Shown here: positions 8,298 through 18,131 of the stretch, one piece after another
How the letters are laid out: the number at the start of each line of letters is the position of its first letter
Position numbering within the stretch: position 1 is the stretch's first letter
Origin: Myxococcota bacterium
Lineage (GTDB): Bacteria > Myxococcota_A > Polyangia > JBBTFH01
Direction: 5' to 3'
Assembly: GCA_038041915.1 (NCBI GenBank)
Contig: JBBTFH010000110.1
Location: 1-58,519, forward strand
DNA length: 58,519 bases
Notes under the pieces: generated by a model
Database searches by the model: none
Told to the model about the DNA's origin: nothing
What the model saw: only the letters and a program-made list of their open reading frames with translations
Translations under genes and position numbers: made by a program

Positions 8298-11060
8298 CTA
8301 CGAGCAGCCGCTGGTCGAGCCGCAGTTGGCGCACTTGTGGCACGTGCCGGAGCGCTCCATGATCGCGCCGCACTCGTGGCAAGCCGGCGCGTCGGCGTCA
8401 AAGACGTAGGGCTTGGCGCTGCCGTGGCCGTTGCCGCTGGTCTTGCCATTTGACGGCCGCGCCTCGATCAGCACTGGCGGCGCCACCTCAACCGGCACGA
8501 CGCCCTCCTGGAACATTTCGTCGATCGAGCCGTCCTTGACGAATCGCAGGCCGAGCCAGCGGAAGAGGTAGTCCATGATCGACTTGGCGTGGCCGATCTG
8601 GGGGTTTTCGGAAAAACCCGACGGCTCGAAGCGCATGTGGGAGAACTTGTCGACGAGCAGCTTGAGCGGCACGCCGTGCTGCAGCGACAGCGAGATCGCC
8701 GTCGCGAAGGCGTCCATCAGCCCCGAGATCGTGCTGCCCTCCTTGGCCATCTTGATGAAGATCTCGCCCGGCGTGCCGTCGTCGTAGAGTCCGACGTGGA
8801 CGTAGCCCTCGTGCCCGCCGACGGCGAACTTGTGCGTAATCGACGGCCGCTCGTCGGGGAGCTTGCGGCGAACAGGCCGCGGCTCGGCGGTCGCCAGTGC
8901 TTCTGCCGCCCCCTTCTTCTTGCCGGTGGTCAGCGGCTGCGAGCGCTTGCAGCCGTCGCGGTAGATCGAGATGCACTTGAGGCCCATCTTCCACGACTCG
9001 ACATAGCAGCGCTCGATGTCCTCAATCGTCGCATCGCTCGGCAGGTTCACCGTCTTGGAGATAGAGCCCGAGATGAACGGCTGCGCCGCCGCCATCATCT
9101 TCACGTGCCCCAGCCAGTCGATCGAGCGCGTGCCGCTCTGCGCGCGGAACGCACAGTCGAACACGGCGACGTGCTCGTCCTTGAGTCCCGGCGCGCCCTC
9201 GATCGTCTCGTGCGCATCGACATACTCGATGATCCCCGCGATCGCCGGCTCCAAGTAGCCGAGCCGCGCGAGCGCCTCGGGCACCGTCTGGTTGACGATC
9301 TTGAACGTCCCCCCGCCGACCAGCTTCTTGTACTTGACCAACGCGATGTCGGGCTCGATCCCCGTCGTATCGCAGTCCATCATGAACGCGATGGTGCCGG
9401 TCGGCGCGATCACCGTGACCTGTCCGTTGCGGTAGCCGTGCGTCGCGCCGGTCTGATAGCACTCCTGCCACGCGTCGCGCGTCGCCTGCATGAGATCGAA
9501 GGGCACGTACGCCGCGTCGATGCTGTCAACCGCCGACCAGTGCTTGCGCATGACGCCGAGCATCGGCTCGCGGTTGGGCGCGTAGCCCGCGAAGGGCCCC
9601 TTGTGCTCGGCGATGCGCGCCGACTGCAGGTTGGCCTCGCCGTGCATGAGCGCCGTGACCGCGCCGGTGTAGGCGCGCGCCGCGTCGCTGTCGTAGGGCA
9701 GGCCGCGGCTCATGAGCAGCGCGCCGAGGTTGGCGTAGCCGAGGCCGAGCGGCCGGAACTTGTGGCTGTTCTCGCCGATCTTGGGAGTCGGGTAGCTCGC
9801 GCGGTCGACGATTATTTCCATCGCCGTGATCGTCGTGTCCACCGCGTGTCGCAGCCCGTCGACGTCGAGCTCGCCGTCCTGCTTCTGGAAGCGCCGCAGG
9901 TTGAGCGACGCGAGGTTGCAGGCCGAGTCGTCGAGGTACATGTACTCGCTGCACGGGTTGGACGCGTTGATGCGGCCCGACGCCGGCGACGTGTGCCAAG
10001 CGTTGATCGTCGTGTCGAACTGCAGCCCCGGGTCCGCGCACTGCCACGCCGCGTCGGCGATCTGGCGCATGACGTCGCGCGCGCGCAGTCGGTCGCAGAT
10101 TCCACCGTCGCGCACAAAGCGCGTCGCCCACTCGCCGTCGTCGGTGACGGCGCGCATGAACTCGTCGGTCACGCGCACCGAGTGGTTGGCGTTCTGGAAG
10201 AAGACCGACGCGTAGGCCTCGCCGCGGAAGTCGCCGTCGTAGCCCGCCTCGATCAGCGCCCACGCCTTGCGCTCCTCGCGCTGCTTGCACCAGATGAAGT
10301 CGAGGACGTCGGGGTGGTCGGCGTTCAGGATCACCATCTTGGCCGCGCGCCGCGTCTTGCCGCCCGACTTGATCGCGCCGGCGAACGCATCGAAGCCCTT
10401 CATGAACGAAATAGGCCCCGACGCGGTGCCGCCGCCGGCGAGGCGCTCTTTGGACGAGCGCAGCGTCGAGAGGTTCGAGCCGGTGCCGCTGCCGAACTTG
10501 AAGAGCATTCCCTCGGTCTTGGCCAGGCCGAGGATCGATTCCATCGAATCTTGCACCGAGTTGATGAAGCAGGCGGAGGCCTGGGGCTTCGGCTCGATGC
10601 CGACGTTGAACCAGACCGGCGAGTTGAAGGCCATGTGCTGGTTCACGAGCAGGTACGTGAGCTCCATCTCGAAGATCTCGGCGTCGCGCGCGCTCGCGAA
10701 ATAGCCGTCGGCGCGGCCCCAATCGGCGATGGTCTTGGCGACGCGCGTGACGACCTGCCGGACCGAGGTCTCGCGCTCGGGCGCACCCACGGCGCCGCGG
10801 AAGTACTTCGAGACCACGACATTGGTGGCGAGCATCGACCAGAACTTCGGCACCTCGACGTCGCGCTGCTCGAAGTAGACCTTGCCGTCCTCGCCGGTGA
10901 TGACCGCGGTGCGGCGTTCCCAGGCGACCTCGTCGCAGGGGTGGACGCCATCGCGGGTGAAGCGGCGGGTGAAGCGCAGGCCGGTTCCAGTGCGGCGCGT
11001 CTGCGAGGACTTCTTCTTGCCGGAGATTCGCGGGTCTTTTTCGAGCAGCTTCGATTCCAT
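8298..11060 (-). CDS. nrdJ: Class II (adenosylcobalamin-dependent) ribonucleotide reductase
   Basis: The product matches NrdJ along its full length (FTRRFTRDGVHPCDEV..., SACFINSV, NPCSEY, C-terminal Cys-rich tail CHECG...CANCG). I prefer the ATG at 11060 because the SD GGAGGGGG lies 4-5 nt upstream. The track start at 11084 is the alternative. Confidence 0.95.
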   Translation of the reverse strand: MESKLLEKDPRISGKKKSSQTRRTGTGLRFTRRFTRDGVHPCDEVAWERRTAVITGEDGKVYFEQRDVEVPKFWSMLATNVVVSKYFRGAVGAPERETSVRQVVTRVAKTIADWGRADGYFASARDAEIFEMELTYLLVNQHMAFNSPVWFNVGIEPKPQASACFINSVQDSMESILGLAKTEGMLFKFGSGTGSNLSTLRSSKERLAGGGTASGPISFMKGFDAFAGAIKSGGKTRRAAKMVILNADHPDVLDFIWCKQREERKAWALIEAGYDGDFRGEAYASVFFQNANHSVRVTDEFMRAVTDDGEWATRFVRDGGICDRLRARDVMRQIADAAWQCADPGLQFDTTINAWHTSPASGRINASNPCSEYMYLDDSACNLASLNLRRFQKQDGELDVDGLRHAVDTTITAMEIIVDRASYPTPKIGENSHKFRPLGLGYANLGALLMSRGLPYDSDAARAYTGAVTALMHGEANLQSARIAEHKGPFAGYAPNREPMLGVMRKHWSAVDSIDAAYVPFDLMQATRDAWQECYQTGATHGYRNGQVTVIAPTGTIAFMMDCDTTGIEPDIALVKYKKLVGGGTFKIVNQTVPEALARLGYLEPAIAGIIEYVDAHETIEGAPGLKDEHVAVFDCAFRAQSGTRSIDWLGHVKMMAAAQPFISGSISKTVNLPSDATIEDIERCYVESWKMGLKCISIYRDGCKRSQPLTTGKKKGAAEALATAEPRPVRRKLPDERPSITHKFAVGGHEGYVHVGLYDDGTPGEIFIKMAKEGSTISGLMDAFATAISLSLQHGVPLKLLVDKFSHMRFEPSGFSENPQIGHAKSIMDYLFRWLGLRFVKDGSIDEMFQEGVVPVEVAPPVLIEARPSNGKTSGNGHGSAKPYVFDADAPACHECGAIMERSGTCHKCANCGSTSGCS

Positions 11061-11099
11061 CTTCCCCCTCCAGTCGATGGGCACACCGACCCCGTCTTC

Positions 11100-11345
11100 C
11101 CGAACATAACCTATCCATATGTTCAGGGCGAGAAACCCGATAGTGCCTTGGTGACAGCGCGGCTTTTAGCCGAGTCGTCGAAAGCTGTCAAGATTTTTCG
11201 TGACAATGGCCACAACGTATTGTGCCTTCCAGTAAGACATACCCCATCCTGTTGTGGATACACTGTGGAGCATATCTTGATATATTCCATATTAAAACAA
11301 TAAATACATTGTGTTATATACTTTTTAGTGAGCATTGTTCACAAG
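11100..11345. promoter_or_regulatory. AT-rich divergent control region between nrdJ and the btuF-like gene, with candidate NrdR-box-like palindromes
   Basis: The base composition drops sharply, for example 11271-11330 catatcttgatatattccatattaaaacaataaatacattgtgttatatacttttt. CACAACGTATTGTG at 11211-11224 is a CACAA/TTGTG dyad. AATAAATACATTGTGT at 11299-11314 matches the ACACAAT half of the NrdR-box consensus on the minus strand. Confidence 0.45.
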
Positions 11346-11447
11346 TGAGGTAGATTCAGCATGACATGTAGCGTCACGTATCGGCATCTTGCCCGGCCAA
11401 GCGGCCATGGTCAAGTCGAGCGCAGGCGTGGTATCGGTCTCCCTCCA

Positions 11448-12335
11448 ATGCTTCGATCCGTGCTCGCCGTCGCTGCCCTTCTGGCGCCGGCGGCTTGCCA
11501 GCCGGCCCCATCGACCGCCCGTCCGCGGACGCCCGTGCGCATCGTCTCGACCGCCCCGTCGGTGACGGAGATCGTGTTCGCGCTCGGCCTGGGCGACGCG
11601 GTGGTTGGCGTATCCGATCACTGCACGTTCCCGAAGGAAGCGTCCGGCCGCGCGACGGTCGGTCCGTACCTGCAGCCGAGCGTCGAGCGCATTCTCGCGC
11701 TGCGCCCCGATCTCGCGCTTCTCGACGACGTTCAGGCGGACGCCGCACGCGCGCTCGAGGCGGCGGCCCTGCCCACGCTGCGCCTCGGCCTGCGCAGCCT
11801 GGCCGACGTGCGCTCGGCCATCCTGCGCGTCGGAGGCGTGACCGCCCGCGGCGCGGAAGCAGCCGCGCTGGTCGCGCGTCTCGATCGCGAGATCGCCGCC
11901 GCGCCGCGCCTGGCCTCGCGGGAGCGCGTCCTGCTGGTCATCGGCCGCGATCCGGGCACGCTGCGCAACCTCTACGCCGCCGCGCCGGGAAGCTTCGCAG
12001 GCGAGCTGCTCAGAATCGCCGGGGGAAAGAACGCGCTCGCCGACGCGGCTACGCCCTACCCCAAGGTAGCGGTCGAGACGATCATCGCCCGCGCGCCGGA
12101 CGTGATCGTCGAGATCCCGACCGCCGGCGTCGACGCCGCGGCGGCGCGGCGCGATTGGGCGGCGCTCGCCTCCGTACCGGCGGTGCGTACCGGCCGCGTG
12201 CACCTGACGACCGATCAGCTACTGACAACGCCGGGGCCGCGCGCCGCGCAGGCGCTGGCGCGACTGGTCGAGACGATTGAGCGGCCGGGACAAAGCCCCG
12301 TCGTGCCCGCGGGGGAATTGCCCGCGGGGAATTGA
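11448..12335 (+). CDS. Periplasmic substrate-binding protein of a B12/siderophore ABC importer (BtuF-like, cluster A/TroA fold)
   Basis: The signal peptide and lipobox-like AAC are followed by RIVSTAPSVTEIVFALGLGDAVVGVSDHC...RPDLALL...APDVIV, typical of BtuF/FhuD-type binding proteins. The start is taken at the ATG at 11448, which precedes the signal peptide. Confidence 0.8.
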   Translation: MLRSVLAVAALLAPAACQPAPSTARPRTPVRIVSTAPSVTEIVFALGLGDAVVGVSDHCTFPKEASGRATVGPYLQPSVERILALRPDLALLDDVQADAARALEAAALPTLRLGLRSLADVRSAILRVGGVTARGAEAAALVARLDREIAAAPRLASRERVLLVIGRDPGTLRNLYAAAPGSFAGELLRIAGGKNALADAATPYPKVAVETIIARAPDVIVEIPTAGVDAAAARRDWAALASVPAVRTGRVHLTTDQLLTTPGPRAAQALARLVETIERPGQSPVVPAGELPAGN

Positions 12336-12370
12336 TTGACACGCCGCCGGCCCGCGCGTAAGAGGCTTTC

Positions 12371-12526
12371 GCGCGCGGGCGCCAGGGAAGCCGGTAATAA
12401 GCCGGCGCGGCCCCCGCCACTGTGACCGGGGACGGAAGCGGCAGAGTTTTAGCCACTGACGGCAAATAGCCGTTGGGAAGGCGCCGCCGACGGATGATCC
12501 GGGAGCCAGGAGACCTGCCCGCGCGC
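12371..12526 (+). promoter_or_regulatory. Cobalamin (B12) riboswitch
   Basis: P1 arms gcgcgcgggc (12371-80) and gcccgcgcgc (12517-26) are exact complements. The conserved core is present: GGGAAGCCGGTAATAAGCCGGCGCGGCCCCCGCCACTGTGACCGGGG, followed by a second GCCACTG...GGGAAGG element. The B12 box GAGCCAGGAGACCTGCC lies at 12503-12519. The element sits just upstream of the TonB-dependent receptor gene. Confidence 0.92.
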
Positions 12527-12588
12527 AACAGAGCCGAGCCTCGTCCCGTTGGACGGGGTGACGCACCCTCGGAGGGAGGGGCCGCGAG

Positions 12589-14562
12589 TTGCGCGCATCG
12601 ACGTCACTACCACTGCTGTCTTTCGCCTGGGCGAATGCGCCCGCGCCCGAGGTGTACGAGGTGCGCGCCGCGCCCGACGAAGCGGTCCCCGGCGCCGCGC
12701 TGACCGTCGTCGAGCTCGACGCGCGCGCCGACGAGCAGGCCACGGTCGCCGAGATCCTGGCGGAGATTCCTGGATTGCAGGTGCGCTCGCTCGGAGGGAT
12801 GGGCGCCATGAGCGCCGTCTCGCTGCGCGGCTCGAGCCCGTCGCAGGTGGCGGTCTACCTCGACGGTGCGCCGATGTCGCGCGGCGCGTTCGCGATGGTC
12901 GACCTGTCGGACTTCGCGATCGAGGGACTCGAGCGCATCGAAGTCTGGCGCGGGCTCCCACCTCCGGATCGGATGGGCGCAGGTCTCGGCGGCGTCATCG
13001 ATCTCGTGCCGCGACGCGCCACCGGGGCGGAGCTGCGCGCGACCGGCGGATCGTTCGGCACGCGCGGGGCCGCCGCACGCGGCGGACTGCGGCGCGATTC
13101 CTGGTTTCTCGGCGCGAGCGCGGCCACCCTCGGCAGCGAAGGCGACTTTGCGTATCTCGACGACAACGGCACGCGCCTTGACGCCTCCGACGACGGGCTC
13201 GTCATGCGCGCCAACAACGGCTTCGCTCAGGCCGACGGCTGGCTGCACCTCGCGCGCGACGGCGACCTGAGAATCCGCGCCGCGCAGAACCTGTTCTACA
13301 AGGCGCAGGGCGTGCCGGGCACGCTCGCCGCGCCGCCCACCGAGGACGCGTCGCTGGCCACGCTTCGCTCGCTCACGCGGGCGTCGGTCGGGCGTCCGGG
13401 CCTGCTCGAAGGCGCGGCCTACGCCATCGTCCAGCGCGATCACTTCCGCGATCCCGAGAACGAGATCGGCACGGGCGCGCAGGAGCAAACCGGGCGCAGC
13501 GACGCGTTCGGTGGGGAGCTTCGCGTGACCATCAAAGCCGGCCCCAGCGTGCTCGTGCTCGTCCCGCAGACGCACGCGGAGCGCTACCGGCAGCGCGAGG
13601 CGCTCGGCGCGCCGGGCGCGGGCGATCTCGACGCCGACCGCCTCGTCCTCGGCGGCGCGATCTTCGACGTCCTGAGCTTGGGCGACCGCCTCCTCGTCGA
13701 GCCGGCCGTGCGCATCGACCGCTACGCCGACTCCGTCGACGGCGGTGAGTCACCCCGTGCGACGCGACGCCAGGCCGCGCGCCTGCTGGTCAGCCGGCGT
13801 GCGGGCGCGCGGCTGCGCGCCACGCCCAGCCTCGATCTACGCGCGAGCGGCGGCGAGTATCACCGCGTGCCGACGTTCTTCGAGATGTTCGGCGACCGTG
13901 GCTTCGTCGTCGGCAACCCCGAGCTCGCGGCGGAGACGGGCCTCGCCGCCGACGCGGGCGCGACCTGGCGCGCCGCCACGTGGGACGCGCGCATCGAGGC
14001 GGGCGTGCACGTCGCGTGGGTCGACCAGGTCGTGGTGCTCGTGCAGAACTCGCAGAACACGCTCAAACCGGAGAACTTGGGCGAGGCGCGCATCGCCGGC
14101 GTCGAGCTGGCCGCGTCGGCCGCGCCGCTCCGCCGCCTGCGCATGAGTGGCAGCTACGCCTACCTCGATCCGCGCAACCGGAGCGGCCCCGAAGCCGGCA
14201 AGCAGCTCCCGGGGCGCGCGCGCCACGAAGCCTACGGCCGCGTCGAGGCTGGCGCGTGGGCGCTCGGCCCGCTGCGCGCGTCGATCTTTTCCGACGCCGA
14301 CTTTCTCGCCGGCATGTTCCTGGACAGCGCCAACCTGCTGCCCCTCCCGCCGCGCGTCTTTTTCGGCGCGGGCATCAAGGCGCAGCTCAGCCGCCTGCGC
14401 GCGCTCACCATCACCGTCGAGGGCAAGAACCTCGCGGATAGCCGGATCGAGACCGTTCACATCGGGCCGAGCGACACGGAAGCGACGCTCGCGATACAGG
14501 ACTACGCCCGCTTTCCGCTTCCCGGCCGCGCGATCTACGCGACGGCGCGATGGACCTTCTAA
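12589..14562 (+). CDS. btuB: TonB-dependent outer-membrane receptor, riboswitch-controlled (BtuB-like)
   Basis: A plug domain is present (LQVRSLGGMGAMSAVSLRGSSPSQVAVYLDGAPM...IERIEVWRG), followed by a beta-barrel ending in the terminal aromatic residue (ARWTF). A TTG start lies ~10 nt after the SD GGAGGGAGGGG. A B12 riboswitch sits directly upstream. Confidence 0.88.
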   Translation: MRASTSLPLLSFAWANAPAPEVYEVRAAPDEAVPGAALTVVELDARADEQATVAEILAEIPGLQVRSLGGMGAMSAVSLRGSSPSQVAVYLDGAPMSRGAFAMVDLSDFAIEGLERIEVWRGLPPPDRMGAGLGGVIDLVPRRATGAELRATGGSFGTRGAAARGGLRRDSWFLGASAATLGSEGDFAYLDDNGTRLDASDDGLVMRANNGFAQADGWLHLARDGDLRIRAAQNLFYKAQGVPGTLAAPPTEDASLATLRSLTRASVGRPGLLEGAAYAIVQRDHFRDPENEIGTGAQEQTGRSDAFGGELRVTIKAGPSVLVLVPQTHAERYRQREALGAPGAGDLDADRLVLGGAIFDVLSLGDRLLVEPAVRIDRYADSVDGGESPRATRRQAARLLVSRRAGARLRATPSLDLRASGGEYHRVPTFFEMFGDRGFVVGNPELAAETGLAADAGATWRAATWDARIEAGVHVAWVDQVVVLVQNSQNTLKPENLGEARIAGVELAASAAPLRRLRMSGSYAYLDPRNRSGPEAGKQLPGRARHEAYGRVEAGAWALGPLRASIFSDADFLAGMFLDSANLLPLPPRVFFGAGIKAQLSRLRALTITVEGKNLADSRIETVHIGPSDTEATLAIQDYARFPLPGRAIYATARWTF

Positions 14563-14576
14563 CCAAGGAGTAGCCG

Positions 14577-15773
14577 ATGACGAAACGAATCTTGTTGGGT
14601 GCGTGGCTCGCGATGACGGGGTGCGGCGAGGGGGAAGGCGAGGACGACAGCGGCGCCGAGTCGGAGGCCGAGTCCGAGGGCGAAGGGGGCGACGAGGGCG
14701 AGGCCGAGGCCGAGTCCGAATCCGAGTCCGAGTCCGAGGCTTCGTTCACGACGGCGGTGATCCTGCTGGCGTCGAGCGACGCGGCCTCGGGCGCGATCTC
14801 GACGATCGACGTCGAGACGCTCGCGGCGGAAAAGCTCGTCGGACCCGCCGGCGGCGACGCCGTCGGCCGGGCGTGGTTCGGCTCCTACTACGTCGTCAAC
14901 CGGATGGGGTTCGACAGCGTGCAGGTGCACGATCCGAAAAAAGGCTTCGCGCTCACCAAGGAGTTTTCGGTCGGCTCGACCACCGACAACGCGCAGGACA
15001 TCTGCTGCGCGGCCGCCGACCGCTGCTTCGTGCCGCGCCTGCACTCGGCTGACATCCTGGTCGTCGATCCGACCGCGGAGGACGAGGAGATAGGCACGAT
15101 CGATCTCTCGAAGGTCGCCGACGACGGCGTGCCCAACGCGCACACCTGCGTGATCGCGGGCACGACGTTGCTGGTCGAGTTGCAGAACCTCGACGACGCC
15201 GATCCGTACCTCACCGCCCTCGAGCCGGGCTGGATCGCCGCACTCGACGCGTCCGGAGAGGACGCGACGCCGTCGCTCTACGAAACCGCCGTCCACAACC
15301 CGTTCTCGCGCTTCGCGCTCGAGCCCGACGGTGCGAGCGCGATCATCGCCGAGATCGGTGGGTGGGGCGCGCTCGACGGCGGCTACGAGCGGATCGGGCT
15401 CCCCGGCGGCAGCCCGCAGGGCATCGTGATCGGCGAGAAGGCGCTCGGCGGCGACGCGGGGACGCTCGCGGCTTGCTCGACCGGCGAGGCTTTCGCGATC
15501 GCGACCCTCTGCGACGCGGAGTTCAACTGCTCGACGCCGCTCCTGCCGGTCGATCTCGACTCGGGCGAGGTGGGCGCGGCGATCTACGATCCGGGCAGCT
15601 TTGCGCTGACCTGGGCGGCCGGCGATGATCGCGGCCGCCTGTGGGTCGCCGAGCGCAACTACGACGGGCCGAGCGGCATCCGCGTCTACGGCTGCGACGG
15701 GAGCGAGATTACCGAAGGACCCATAGACGTCGGGATGCCGCCGGCGTTCGAGGGCGTGATCGAGTTCCTGTAG
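14577..15773 (+). CDS. Lipoprotein with an acidic linker and a beta-rich body, co-transcribed with the btuB-like gene
   Basis: The gene starts 15 nt after the btuB-like stop. The lipobox is LAMTGC, followed by ~40 aa of the G/E/S/A-rich tract [18 protein letters not shown]...ESESESESE. The rest resembles YncE/beta-propeller-like surface proteins; that fold is an inference. Confidence 0.75.
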   Translation: MTKRILLGAWLAMTGCGEGEGEDDSGAESEAESEGEGGDEGEAEAESESESESEASFTTAVILLASSDAASGAISTIDVETLAAEKLVGPAGGDAVGRAWFGSYYVVNRMGFDSVQVHDPKKGFALTKEFSVGSTTDNAQDICCAAADRCFVPRLHSADILVVDPTAEDEEIGTIDLSKVADDGVPNAHTCVIAGTTLLVELQNLDDADPYLTALEPGWIAALDASGEDATPSLYETAVHNPFSRFALEPDGASAIIAEIGGWGALDGGYERIGLPGGSPQGIVIGEKALGGDAGTLAACSTGEAFAIATLCDAEFNCSTPLLPVDLDSGEVGAAIYDPGSFALTWAAGDDRGRLWVAERNYDGPSGIRVYGCDGSEITEGPIDVGMPPAFEGVIEFL

Positions 15774-15836
15774 GCTTCCCTCCCCCCCCGCAAGGATTTT
15801 TGCCGCCTCCGAGGGTGCGTGTTACCCGGAGGCGGG

Positions 15837-16516
<680 letters not shown>

Positions 16517-16520
<4 letters not shown>

Positions 16521-17386
16521 TCCGCCGCGCGTTGGAAGGGTTTTGGCGCGACGCCGCGTCGCACGCGGCGCTCGTGCTGCTCGCGGCGTGCGCGCTCGCG
16601 CTCGCGGGAGGCGCGCTGCTCGGAGCGAAGAACGCGGCGCGGCTGCTGGCGAGCTGGGGCGAAGCCGGACAGCTCGTCGTGTACCTGCGGGGTGACGCCG
16701 CCGAGTCCGACACCCGCGGCGTCGAGGCGCTGCTGGCGGGCGTGCCGGCGGTCGAGCGTGTCGAGCGCGTGACGGCGTCGCGGGCGCGTGAGCGCCTGGT
16801 CGAGGCTCTCGGCACGCAAAGCCCGCTGCTCGAAGGGATCGAGGCGTCGTTCTTCCCCGCGTCGATCGAGGTGAGCCTACGCGCGGGCGCCGGCGAGATC
16901 GGCCCCGTGAGCGCGCTCGCGCGCCGCCTCGAGAAGGCGCCCGGCGTCGAACGCGTGGACTTCGGGGCCGAGTGGATCGACCGCCTGCGGGGCGCGCGCC
17001 GCTTCGTGTCGGCCGGCGCCTCGGCGATCGCCATCGCCGCCGCCGGACTCGCGCTCGCCGTCGTCTTCTTCGCCATGCGCCTCGCCCTGCTCGCGCGGCG
17101 CCGCGAGATCGACGTCTTGCGCCTGTGCGGCGCGACCGACGGCTTCGTGCGCGCGCCGCTGCTGCTCGAAGGCGCGCTGGCCGGCCTGCTCGCCGGCGGG
17201 CTGGCGCTCGGCGCCGTCGCGCTGGCGTTTTCGCGCGTCGCGCCGGCTGTAGCCGACGCGCTCGGCTTCGCGCTCGCCGGCGCGCCCGCGTTCTTCGCCG
17301 GCGGCGAGATTCTGGCGGGCCTTTGCGCGGCGGCCGTGCTCGGCGCCGTCGCCACCGCCGTCGCCGTCGAGCCGCATCTCGGATGA
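16517..17386 (+). CDS. ftsX: Cell-division permease-like protein FtsX
   Basis: A GTG start overlaps the ftsE stop (GTGA). The product has the FtsX layout: one TM segment, a periplasmic domain ([12 protein letters not shown]...[13 protein letters not shown]) and three C-terminal TM segments. Confidence 0.85.
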
Positions 17387-18081
17387 CCTTCGCGCTCGCC
17401 GCCGCGTTGCTGCTCTCGCCGCGCGCCGCGCTCGAGGAGACGCAGCGCGACGCCGCCACGCTCGCCGAGCGCGTGGCCGAGCGTGAGGACCTGCTGCGGC
17501 GGCGCGTCGCCACGCTCTACCGGCTCGGCAGGGGCGGCCTCGCGCGCTCGCTCGCCGGGGCGCGAAACGCCGCGGACCTTTCACAAAAGGTCGAGGCCGC
17601 GCGGCGGATCGTGCGGCGCGACGTCGAGGAGCTAGGCGAGCTTCGGCGCGAACGCGACGATCTGGTGCGAATGCGCGCCGAGCTGCTCGCGCGTCTCGAG
17701 CGCCTCGAGATCGGCCGCGCCACCGCGTCGCCGCTCGGGCCCAGGCGCGGGCGCCTGCGGCCGCCCGTCGCCGGCCCGCCGCCGCGTCCGCTGCTCTCGG
17801 GGCTGCTCTTTCGCACCAAGCGCCGTTCGCCCGTGCGGGCCATCGGCCCGGGACGCGTCGTCCACAGCGGTCCGATCCCTGGCTTCGGCGTGGTGGTGCT
17901 GGTCGATCACGGCGGTGGGATCGCGTCGCTCTACGCACAGCTCGGGGCCGCGGCTGTCGCCGAGGAACAGACCGTCGGCGATGGCGGCGTCGTCGGCCGC
18001 GTCGCCGACCGTGCGCTCTACTTCGAGCTGCGCCGCGACTCCGAGGTCATCGCCGCGTCGAGCTGGTTCCGCCGGCGGTAG
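17383..18081 (+). CDS. M23/LytM-domain protein with an N-terminal coiled coil (EnvC-like FtsEX partner)
   Basis: The ATG overlaps the ftsX stop (ATGA). The N-terminal half is coiled-coil. The C-terminal part is a LytM-like segment (GFGVVVLVDHGGGIASLYAQLG...GRVADRALYFELR). Confidence 0.7.
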   Translation: MTFALAAALLLSPRAALEETQRDAATLAERVAEREDLLRRRVATLYRLGRGGLARSLAGARNAADLSQKVEAARRIVRRDVEELGELRRERDDLVRMRAELLARLERLEIGRATASPLGPRRGRLRPPVAGPPPRPLLSGLLFRTKRRSPVRAIGPGRVVHSGPIPGFGVVVLVDHGGGIASLYAQLGAAAVAEEQTVGDGGVVGRVADRALYFELRRDSEVIAASSWFRRR

Positions 18082-18131
18082 GCCTTCTCCAGAAACGACG
18101 ACACCTGCCCGGTTGGATTCTGACGGAGAAG

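Noticed and set aside
11123-11335. A 70-aa ORF on the minus strand inside the AT-rich intergenic region.
   Set aside because: Its composition and codon usage are unlike every credible gene in the window. It exists only because the AT-rich stretch happens to lack stops, and it overlaps the likely promoter/operator region.
11085-11345. A cobalamin riboswitch in the nrdJ leader.
   Set aside because: There is no B12 box (AGYCMGGAGACCKGCC-like) and no GCCACTG element on the minus strand. The region is AT-rich and looks like protein-operator DNA instead.
12527-12588. An intrinsic terminator as the riboswitch expression platform.
   Set aside because: Only short stems are present (cgtcc/ggacg, and ccctc next to the GGAGGGAGGGG SD), and there is no U-run. 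SD sequestration seems more likely, but I could not establish it by eye, so no terminator is called.
14640-14745. A CRISPR-like or dispersed DNA repeat (gagtccgag units) at 14640-14745, 22678-22745, 48655-48700 and 58480-58519.
   Set aside because: The units are 6-9 bp, irregular and lie in frame inside lipoprotein genes, where they encode Glu/Ser/Ala linkers. There is no spacer-repeat architecture and there are no cas genes.
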